Positions 1 through 10,300 of a DNA stretch of 64,000 nucleotides are shown piece by piece. Origin of the DNA: the human T2T-CHM13v2.0 reference genome, Homo sapiens. The stretch is from assembly GCF_009914755.1 (NCBI RefSeq), contig NC_060942.1, one strand, 5' to 3'. Each line of letters opens with the position of its first letter. Position 1 is the first letter of the stretch. The notes beneath the pieces were generated by a model, which worked only from the letters and a program-made list of their open reading frames with translations, was not told the origin of the DNA and ran no database searches. The position numbers were made by a program, and so were the translations under genes.

Positions 1-326
1 ATTGTCTTCAGGTAAAATCTAGACAGAAGCATTCTCAGAAACTTCTTTGGGATGTTTGCATTCAAGTCACAGAGTAGAACATTCCCTTTGGTAGAGCAGG
101 TTTGAAACACTCTTTTTGTAGTATCTGGAAGTGGACATTTGGAGCGCTTTCAGGCCTATGTTGGAAAGGGAAATATCTTCCCGTAACAACTAGGCAGAAG
201 CATTCTCAGAAACTTATTTGAGATGTGTGTACTCAACTAAGAGAATTGAACCACCGTTTTGAAGGAGCAGTTTTGAAACCCTCTTTTTCTGGAATCTGCA
301 AGAGTATATTTGCCTAGCCTTGAGGA

Positions 327-343
327 TTTCGTTGGAAACGGGA
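327..343 (+). promoter_or_regulatory. CENP-B box in monomer 2 (TTTCGTTGGAAACGGGA); recurs every 1360 bp
   Basis: Matches nTTCGnnnnAnnCGGGn with all 9 essential bases. One copy (46572 T>C) differs only at a non-essential position. Confidence 0.95.
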
Positions 344-668
344 TTGTATTCAGATAAAATCTAGACAGAAGCATTCTCAGAAACTTCTTTGGGATGTTTG
401 CATTCAAGTCACAGAGTAGAACATTCCCTTTGGTAGAGCAGGTTTGAAACACTCTTTTTTTAGTATATGGAAGTGGACATTTTGATCGCTTTCAGGCCTA
501 CGTTGGAAAAGGAAATATCTTCCCATAACAACTAGACAGAAGCATTCTCAGAAACTAGTTTCTGATGTGTGTCCTCAACTAACACAGTTGAACATTTCTA
601 TAGACAGAACAGTTTTGAAACACTCTTTTTGTGGAATCTGCAAGTGGCTATTTGGCTAGATTTGAGGA

Positions 669-685
669 TTTCGTTGGAAACGGGA
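669..685 (+). promoter_or_regulatory. CENP-B box in monomer 4 (TTTCGTTGGAAACGGGA); recurs every 1360 bp, disrupted in 6 copies
   Basis: Canonical 17-bp box. The CGGG core is altered in HORs 3, 14, 31, 34, 36 and 45. Confidence 0.95.
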
Positions 686-835
686 TTACATATAAAAAGC
701 AGTCAGCAGCATTCTCAGAAAGTTCTTTGTCATGATTGCATTCAAGTCACAGAATTGAACATTCCCTTTCACAGAGCAGGTTTGAAACACTCTTTTTGTA
801 GTGTGTGTAAGTGGACATTTGGAACCCTTACCGGC

Positions 836-852
836 CTAAGGTGAAAAAGGAA
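836..852 (+). promoter_or_regulatory. A-box / pJalpha-type motif in monomer 5 (CTAAGGTGAAAAAGGAA); degenerate versions in monomers 1, 3 and 7
   Basis: Occupies the position equivalent to the CENP-B box in A-type monomers and keeps the GGTGAAAAAGG core. Protein binding is not shown by the sequence. Confidence 0.7.
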
Positions 853-1006
853 ATATCTTCCCATAAAAACTAGACAGAAGCATTCTCAGAAACTTACTCG
901 TGATGTGTGTCCTCAACTAAAGGAGTAGAACCTTTCTTTTCATAGAGAAGTTTTGAAACGCTCTTTTTGTGGAATCTGCAAGTGGATATTTGGCTAGTTT
1001 TGAGGA

Positions 1007-1023
1007 TTTCGTTGGAAGCGGGA
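1007..1023 (+). promoter_or_regulatory. CENP-B box in monomer 6 (TTTCGTTGGAAGCGGGA), overlapping the single per-HOR EcoRI site at 1022-1027
   Basis: All 9 essential bases present. The S haplotype carries TTTCGTAGGAAGCGGGA (non-essential change); disrupted in HOR18 (24142 G>C). Confidence 0.93.
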
Positions 1024-1344
1024 ATTCATACAAATTGCAGACTGCAGCGTTCTGAGAAACATCTTTGTGATGTTTGTATTCAGGACACAGAGTTGAACAT
1101 TCCCTATCATAGAGCAGGTTGGAATCACTCCTTTTGTAGTATCTGGAAGTGGACATTTGGAGCGCTTTCAGGCCTATGTTGAAAAAGGAAATATCTTCCC
1201 ATAACAACTAGACACAAGCATTCTCAGAAACTTGTTTGTGATGTGTGCCCTCTACTGACAGAGTTGAACCTTTCTTTTCATAGAGCAGTTTTGAAACACT
1301 CTTTTTGTAGAATCCGCAAGAGGATATTTGCATAGCTTTGAGGA

Positions 1345-1361
1345 TTTCGTGGGAAACGGGA
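1345..1361 (+). promoter_or_regulatory. CENP-B box in monomer 8 (TTTCGTGGGAAACGGGA); recurs every 1360 bp
   Basis: All 9 essential bases present; no disrupted copy noticed. Confidence 0.93.
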
Positions 1362-4300
1362 TTGTCTTCAGGTAAAATCTAGACAGAAGCATCCTCAGAA
1401 ACTTCTTTGGGATGTTTGCATTCAAGTCACAGAGTAGAACATTCCCTTTGGTAGAGCAGGTTTGAAACACTCTTTTTGTAGTATCTGGAAGTGGACATTT
1501 GGAGCGCTTTCAGGCCCATGTTGGAAAGGGAAATATCTTCCCGTAACAACTAGGCAGAAGCATTCTCAGAAACTTATTTGAGATGTGTGGACTCAACTAA
1601 GAGAATTGAACCACCGTTTTGAAGGAGCAGTTTTGAAACACTCTTTTTCTGGAATCTGCAAGAGTATATTTGCCTAGCCTTGAGGATTTCGTTGGAAACG
1701 GGATTGTCTTCAGATAAAATCTAGACAGAAGCATTCTCAGAAACTTCTTTGGGATGTTTGCATTCAAGTCACAGAGTAGAACATTCCCTTTGGTAGAGCA
1801 GGTATGAAACACTCTTTTTTTAGTATATGGAAGTGGACATTTGGAGCGCTTTCAGGCCTACGTTGGAAAAGGAAATATCTTCCCATAACAACTAGACAGA
1901 AGCATTCTCAGAAACTAGTTTCTGATGTGTGTCCTCAACTAACACAGTTGAACTTTTCTTTAGACAGAACAGTTTTGAAACACTCTTTTTGTGGAATCTG
2001 CAAGTGGATATTGGGCTAGATTTGAGGATTTCGTTGGAAACGGGATTACATATAAAAAGCAGACAGCAGCATTCTCAGAAAGTTCTTTGTGATGATTGCA
2101 TTCAAGTCACAGAATTGAACATTCCCTTTCACAGAGCAGGTTTGAAACACTCTTTTTGTAGTGTGTGTAAGTGGACATTTGGAGCGCTTTCCGGCCTAAG
2201 GTGAAAAAAGAAATATCTTCCGATAAAAACTAGACAGAAGCATTCTCAGAAACTTACTCGTGATGTGTTTCCTCAACTAAAGGAGTAGAACCTTTCTATT
2301 CATAGAGAAGTTTTGAAACGCTCTTTTTGTGGAATCTGCAAGTGGATATTTGGCTAGTTTTGAGGATTTCGTTGGAAGCGGGAATTCATACAAATTGCAG
2401 ACTGCAGCGTTCTGAGAAACATCTTTGTGATGTTTGTATTCAGGACACAGAGATGAACATTCCCTATCATAGAGCAGGTTGGAATCACTCCTTTTGTAGT
2501 ATGTGGAAGTGGACATTTGGAGCGCTTTCAGGCCTATGTTGAAAAAGGAAATATCTTCCCATAACAACTAGACACAAGCATTCTCAGAAACTTGTTTGTG
2601 ATGTGTGCCCTCTACTGACAGAGTTGAACCTTTCTTTTCATAGAGCAGTTTTGAAACACTCTTTTTGTAGAATCTGCAAGAGGATATTTGCATAGCTTTG
2701 AGGATTTCGTGGGAAACGGGATTGTCTTCAGGTAAAATCTAGACAGAAGCATTCTCAGAAAATTCTTTGGGATGTTTGCATTCAAGTCACAGAGTAGAAC
2801 ATTCCCTTTGGTAGAGCAGGTTTGAAACACTCTTTTTGTAGTATCTGGAAGTGGACATTTGGAGCGCTTTCAGGCCCATGTTGGAAAGGGAAATATCTTC
2901 CCGTAACAACTAGGCAGAAGCATTCTCAGAAACTTATTTGAGATGTGTGGACTCAACTAAGAGAATTGAACCACCGTTTTGAAGGAGCAGTTTTGAAACA
3001 CTCTTTTTCTGGAATCTGCAAGAGTATATTTGCCTAGCCTTGAGGATTTCGTTGGAAACGGGATTGTCTTCAGATAAAATCTAGACAGAAGCATTCTCAG
3101 AAACTTCTTTGGGATGTTTGCATTCAAGTCACAGAGTAGAACATTCCCTTTGGTAGAGCAGGTTTGAAACACTCTTTTTTTAGTATATGGAAGTGGACAT
3201 TTGGAGCGCTTTCAGGCCTACGTTGGAAAAGGAAATATCTTCCCATAACAACTAGACAGAAGCATTCTCAGAAACTAGTTTCTGATGTGTGTCCTCAACT
3301 AACACAGTTGAACTTTTCTTTAGACAGAACAGTTTTGAAACACTCTTTTTGTGGAATCTGCAAGTGGATATTGGGTTAGATTTGAGGATTTCGTTGGAAA
3401 GGGGATTACATATAAAAAGCAGACAGCAGCATTCTCAGAAAGTTGTTTGTGATGATTGCATTCAAGTCACAGAATTGAACATTCCCTTTCACAGAGCAGG
3501 TTTGAAACACTCTTTTTGTAGTGTGTGTAAGTGGACATTTGGAGCGCTTTCCGGCCTAAGGTGAAAAAGGACATATGTTCCCATAAAAACTAGACAGAAG
3601 CATTCTCAGAAACTTACTCGTGATGTGTGTCCTCAACTAAAGGAGTAGAACCTTTCTATTCATAGAGAAGTTTTGAAACGCTCTTTTTGTGGAATCTCCA
3701 AGTGGATATTTGCCTAGTTTTGAGGATTTCGTTGGAAGCGGGAATTCATACAAATTGCAGACTGCAGCGTTCTGAGAAACATCTTTGTGATGTTTGTATT
3801 CAAGACACAGAGATGAACATTCCCTATCATAGAGCATGTTGGAATCACTCCTTTTGTAGTATCTGGAAGTGGACATTTGGAGCGCTTTCAGGCCTATGTT
3901 GAAAAAGGAAATATCTTCCCATAACAACTAGACACAAGCATTCTCAGAAACTTGTTTGTGATGTGTGCCCTCTACTGACAGAGTTGAACCTTTCTTTTCA
4001 TAGAGCAGTTTTGAAACACTCTTTTTGTAGAATCCGCAAGAGGATATTTGCATAGCTTTGAGGATTTCGTGGGAAACGGGATTGTCTTCAGGTAAAATCT
4101 AGACAGAAGCATCCTCAGAAACTTCTTTGGGATGTTTGCATTCAAGTCACAGAGTAGAACATTCCCTTTGGTAGAGCAGGTTTGAAACACTCTTTTTGTA
4201 GTATCTGGAAGTGGACATTTGGAGCGCTTTCAGGCCCATGTTGGAAAGGGAAATATCTTCCCGTAACAACTAGGCAGAAGCATTCTCAGAAACTTATTTG

Positions 4301-7300
4301 AGATGTGTGGACTCAACTAAGAGAATTGAACCACCGTTTTGAAGGAGCAGTTTTGAAACACTCTTTTTCTGGAATCTGCAAGAGTATATTTGCCTAGCCT
4401 TGAGGATTTCGTTGGAAACGGGATTGTCTTCAGATAAAATCTAGACAGAAGCATTCTCAGAAACTTCTTTGGGATGTTTGCATTCAAGTCACAGAGTAGA
4501 ACATTCCCTTTGGTAGAGCAGGTATGAAACACTCTTTTTTTAGTATATGGAAGTGGACATTTGGAGCGCTTTCAGGCCTACGTTGGAAAAGGAAATATCT
4601 TCCCATAACAACTAGACAGAAGCATTCTCAGAAACTAGTTTCTGATGTGTGTCCTCAACTAACACAGTTGAACTTTTCTTTAGACAGAACAGTTTTGAAA
4701 CACTCTTTTTGTGGAATCTGCAAGTGGATATTGGGCTAGATTTGAGGATTTCGTTGGAAACGGGATTACATATAAAAAGCAGACAGCAGCATTCTCAGAA
4801 AGTTCTTTGTGATGATTGCATTCAAGTCACAGAATTGAACATTCCCTTTCACAGAGCAGGTTTGAAACACTCTTTTTGTAGTGTGTGTAAGTGGACATTT
4901 GGAGCGCTTTCCGGCCTAAGGTGAAAAAAGAAATATCTTCCCATAAAAACTAGACAGAAGCATTCTCAGAAACTTACTCGTGATGTGTTTCCTCAACTAA
5001 AGGAGTAGAACCTTTCTATTCATAGAGAAGTTTTGAAACGCTCTTTTTGTGGAATCTGCAAGTGGATATTTGGCTAGTTTTGAGGATTTCGTTGGAAGCG
5101 GGAATTCATACAAATTGCAGACTGCAGCGTTCTGAGAAACATCTTTGTGATGTTTGTATTCAGGACACAGAGATGAACATTCCCTATCATAGAGCAGGTT
5201 GGAATCACTCCTTTTGTAGTATGTGGAAGTGGACATTTGGAGCGCTTTCAGGCCTATGTTGAAAAAGGAAATATCTTCCCATAACAACTAGACACAAGCA
5301 TTCTCAGAAACTTGTTTGTGATGTGTGCCCTCTACTGACAGAGTTGAACCTTTCTTTTCATAGAGCAGTTTTGAAACACTCTTTTTGTAGAATCTGCAAG
5401 AGGATATTTGCATAGCTTTGAGGATTTCGTGGGAAACGGGATTGTCTTCAGGTAAAATCTAGACAGAAGCATTCTCATAAAATTCTTTGGGATGTTTGCA
5501 TTCAAGTCACAGAGTAGAACATTCCCTTTGGTAGAGCAGGTTTGAAACACTCTTTTTGTAGTATCTGGAAGTGGACATTTGGAGCGCTTTCAGGCCCATG
5601 TTGGAAAGGGAAATATCTTCCCGTAACAACTAGGCAGAAGCATTCTCAGAAACTTATTTGAGATGTGTGGACTCAACTAAGAGAATTGAACCACCGTTTT
5701 GAAGGAGCAGTTTTGAAACACTCTTTTTCTGGAATCTGCAAGAGTATATTTGCCTAGCCTTGAGGATTTCGTTGGAAACGGGATTGTCTTCAGATAAAAT
5801 CTAGACAGAAGCATTCTCAGAAACTTCTTTGGGATGTTTGCATTCAAGTCACAGAGTAGAACATTCCCTTTGGTAGAGCAGGTTTGAAACACTCTTTTTT
5901 TAGTATATGGAAGTGGACATTTGGAGCGCTTTCAGGCCTACGTTGGAAAAGGAAATATCTTCCCATAACAACTAGACAGAAGCATTCTCAGAAACTAGTT
6001 TCTGATGTGTGTCCTCAACTAACACAGTTGTACATTTCTTTAGACAGAACAGTTTTGAAACACTCTTTTTGTGGAATCTGCAAGTGGATATTTGGCTAGA
6101 TTTGAGGATTTCGTTGGAAACGGGATTACATATAAAAAGCAGACAGCAGCATTCTCAGAAAGTTCTTTGTGATGATTGCATTCAAGTCACAGAATTGAAC
6201 ATTCCCTTTCACAGAGCAGGTTTGAAACACTCTTTTTGTAGGGTGTGTAAGTGGACATTTGGAGCGCTTTCCGGCCTAAGGTGAAAAAGGACATATCTTC
6301 CCATAAAAACTAGACAGAAGCATTCTCAGAAACTTACTCGTGATGTGTGCCTTCAACTAAAGGAATAGAACCTTTCTATTCATAGAGAAGTTTTGAAACG
6401 CTCTTTTTGTGGAATCTCCAAGTGGATATTTGGCTAGTTTTGAGGATTTCGTTGGAAGCGGGAATTCATCCAAATTGCAGACTGCAGCGTTCTGAGAAAC
6501 ATCTTTGTGATGTTTGTATTCAAGACACAGAGATGAACATTCCCTATCATAGAGCATGTTGGAATCACTCCTTTTGTAGTATCTGGAAGTGGACATTTGG
6601 AGCGCTTTCAGGCCTATGTTGAAAAAGGAAATATCTTCCCATAACAACTAGACACAAGCATTCTCAGAAACTTGTTTGTGATGTGTGCCCTCTACTGACA
6701 GAGTTGAACCTTTCTTTTCATAGAGCAGTTTTGAAACACTCTTTTTGTAGAATCCGCAAGAGGATATTTGCATAGCTTTGAGGATTTCGTGGGAAACGGG
6801 ATTGTCTTCAGGTAAAATCTAGACAGAAGCATTCTCAGAAACTTCTTTGGGATGTTTGCATTCAAGTCACAGAGTAGAACATTCCCTTTGGTAGAGCAGG
6901 TTTGAAACACTCTTTTTGTAGTATCTGGAAGTGGACATTTGGAGCGCTTTCAGGCCCATGATGGAAAGGGAAATATCTTCCCGTAACAACTAGGCAGAAG
7001 CATTCTCAGAAACTTATTTGAGATGTGTGTACTCAACTAAGAGAATTGAACCACCGTTTTGAAGGAGCAGTTTTGAAACCCTCTTTTTCTGGAATCTGCA
7101 AGAGTATATTTGCCTAGCCTTGAGGATTTCGTTGGAAACGGGATTGTCTTCAGATAAAATCTAGACAGAAGCATTCTCAGAAACTTCTTTGGGATGTTTG
7201 CATTCAAGTCACAGAGTAGAACATTCCCTTTGGTAGAGCAGGTTTGAAACACTCTTTTTTTAGTATATGGAAGTGGACATTTGGAGCGCTTTCAGGCCTA

Positions 7301-10300
7301 CGTTGGAAAAGGAAATATCTTCCCATAACAACTAGACAGAAGCATTCTCAGAAACTAGTTTCTGATGTGTGTCCTCAACTAACACAGTTGAACTTTTCTT
7401 TAGACAGAACAGTTTTGAAACACTCTTTTTGTGGAATCTGCAAGTGGATATTGGGCTAGATTTGAGGATTTCGTTGGAAACGGGATTACATATAAAAAGC
7501 AGACAGCAGCATTCTCAGAAAGTTCTTTGTGATGATTGCATTCAAGTCACAGAATTGAACATTCCCTTTCACAGAGCAGGTTTGAAACACTCTTTTTGTA
7601 GTGTGTGTAAGTGGACATTTGGAGCGCTTTCCGGCCTAAGGTGAAAAAGGAAATATCTTCCCATAAAAACTAGACAGAAACATTCTCAGAAACTTACTCT
7701 TGATGTGTTTCCTCAACTAAAGGAGTAGAACCTTTCTATTCATAGAGAAGTTTTGAAACGCTCTTTTTGTGGAATCTCCAAGTGGATATTTGGCTAGTTT
7801 TGAGGATTTCGTTGGAAGCGGGAATTCATCCAAATTGCAGACTGCAGCGTTCTGAGAAACATCTTTGTGATGTTTGTATTCAGGACACAGAGATGAACAT
7901 TCCCTATCATGGAGCAGGTTGGAATCACTCCTTTTGTAGTATCTGGAAGTGGACATTTGGAGCGCTTTCAGGCCTATGTTGAAAAAGGAAATATCTTCCC
8001 ATAACAACTAGACACAAGCATTCTCAGAAACTTGTTTGTGATGTGTGCCCTCTACTGACAGAGTTGAACCTTTCTTTTCATAGAGCAGTTTTGAAACACT
8101 CTTTTTGTAGAATCCGCAAGAGGATATTTGCATAGCTTTGAGGATTTCGTGGGAAACGGGATTGTCTTCAGGTAAAATCTAGACAGAAGCATTCTCAGAA
8201 ACTTCTTTGGGATGTTTGCATTCAAGTCACAGAGTAGAACATTCCCTTTGGTAGAGCAGGTTTGAAACACTCTTTTTGTAGTATCTGGAAGTGGACATTT
8301 GGAGCGCTTTCAGGCCCATGTTGGAAAGGGAAATATCTTCCCGTAACAACTAGGCAGAAGCATTCTCAGAAACTTATTTGAGATGTGTGTACTCAACTAA
8401 GAGAATTGAACCACCGTTTTGAAGGAGCAGTTTTGAAACACTCTTTTTCTGGAATCTGCAAGAGTATATTTGCCTAGCCTTGAGGATTTCGTTGGAAACG
8501 GGATTGTCTTCAGATAAAATCTAGACAGAAGCATTCTCAGAAACTTCTTTGGGATGTTTGCATTCAAGTCACAGAGTAGAACATTCCCTTTGGTAGAGCA
8601 GGTTTGAAACACTCTTTTTTTAGTATATGGAAGTGGACATTTGGAGCGCTTTCAGGCCTACTTTGGAAAAGGAAATATCTTCCCATAACAACTAGACAGA
8701 AGCATTCTCAGAAACTAGTTTGTGATGTGTGTCCTCAACTAACACAGTTGTACATTTCTTTAGACAGAACAGTTTTGAAACACTCTTTTTGTGGAATCTG
8801 CAAGTGGATATTGGGCTAGATTTGAGTATTTCGTTGGAAACGGGATTACATATAAAAAGCAGACAGCAGCATTCTCAGAAAGTTCTTTGTGATGATTGCA
8901 TTCAAGTCACAGAATTGAACATTCCCTTTCACAGAGCAGGTTTGAAACACTCTTTCTGTAGTGTGTGTAAGTGGACATTTGGAGCGCTTTCCGGCCTAAG
9001 GTGAAAAAGGACATATCTTCCCATAAAAACTAGACAGAAGCATTCTGAGAAACTTACTCGTGATGTGTGTCCTCAACTAAAGGAGTAGAACCTTTCTATT
9101 CATAGAGAAGTTTTGAAACGCTCTTTTTGTGGAATCTCCAAGTGGATATTTGGCTAGTGTTGAGGATTTCGTAGGAAGCGGGAATTCATCCAAATTGCAG
9201 ACTGCAGCGTTCTGAGAAACATCTTTGTGATGTTTGTATTCAGGACACAGACATGAACATTCCCTATCATAGAGCAGGTTGGAATCACTCCTTTTGTAGT
9301 ATCTGGAAGTGGACATTTGGAGCGCTTTCAGGCCTATGTTGAAAAAGGAAATATCTTCCCATAACAACTAGACACAAGCATTCTCAGAAACTTGTTTGTG
9401 ATGTGTGCCCTCTACTGACAGAGTTGAACCTTTCTTTTCATAGAGCAGTTTTGAAACACTCTTTTTGTAGAATCCGCAAGAGGATATTTGCATAGCTTTG
9501 AGGATTTCGTGGGAAACGGGATTGTCTTCAGGTAAAATCTAGACAGAAGCATTCTCAGAGACTTCTTTGGGATGTTTGCATTCAAGTCACAGAGTAGAAC
9601 ATTCCCTTTGGTAGAGTAGGTTTGAAACACTCTTTTTGTAGTATCTGGAAGTGGACATTTGGAGCGCTTTCAGGCCCATGTTGGAAAGGGAAATATCTTC
9701 CCGTAACAACTAGGCAGAAGCATTCTCAGAAACTTACTTGAGATGTGTGTACTCAACTAAGAGAATTGAACCACCGTTTTGAAGGAGCAGTTTTGAAACA
9801 CTCTTTTTCTGGAATCTGCAAGAGTATATTTTCCTAGCCTTGAGGATTTCGTTGGAAACGGGATTGTCTTCAGATAAAATCTAGACAGAAGCATTCTCAG
9901 AAACTTCTTTGGGATGTTTGCATTCAAGTCACAGAGTAGAACATTCCCTTTGGTAGAGCAGGTTTGAAACACTCTTTTTTTAGTATATGGAAGTGGACAT
10001 TTGGAGCGCTTTCAGGCCTACGTTGGAAAAGGAAATATCTTCCCATAACAACTAGACAGAAGCATTCTCAGAAACTAGTTTGTGATGTGTGTCCTCAACT
10101 AACACAGTTGTACATTTCTTTAGACAGAACAGTTTTGAAACACTCTTTTTGTGGAATCTGCAAGTGGATATTGGGCTAGATTTGAGGATTTCGTTGGAAA
10201 CGGGATTACATATAAAAAGCAGTCAGCAGCATTCTCAGAAAGTTCTTTGTGATGATTGCATTCAAGTCACAGAATTGAACATTCCCTTTCACAGAGCAGG

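Larger units (their letters stand above)
30..1389 (+). repeat. One complete 8-mer HOR unit: m1 30-200 (A), m2 201-371 (B), m3 372-542 (A), m4 543-709 (B, 167 bp), m5 710-880 (A), m6 881-1047 (B, 167 bp), m7 1048-1218 (A), m8 1219-1389 (B)
   Basis: Monomer starts read at CATTCTCAG/CGTTCTGAG positions 30, 201, 372, 543, 710, 881, 1048, 1219, 1390; 6x171+2x167=1360. Monomer numbering is my own. Confidence 0.95.

Noticed and set aside
32-41. Short dyads such as TTCTCAGAA, AGCGCT and TCTAGA
   Set aside because: Standard short palindromes of alpha satellite monomers; too short to support a claim of structure or novelty.
498-514. CENP-B-like motif CTACGTTGGAAAAGGAA in A-type monomer 3
   Set aside because: Three of the nine essential bases mismatch, so it is an A-box variant rather than a functional CENP-B box.
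689-698. TATAAAAA (TATA-like) and oligo-T runs as promoter or terminator signals
   Set aside because: These are ordinary AT-rich monomer segments with no supporting context from sequence alone.
9167-9183. TTTCGTAGGAAGCGGGA in S-type HORs as a possible CENP-B box loss (likewise 46572 and 30595)
   Set aside because: The changes fall at non-essential positions of nTTCGnnnnAnnCGGGn, so the box is predicted intact.
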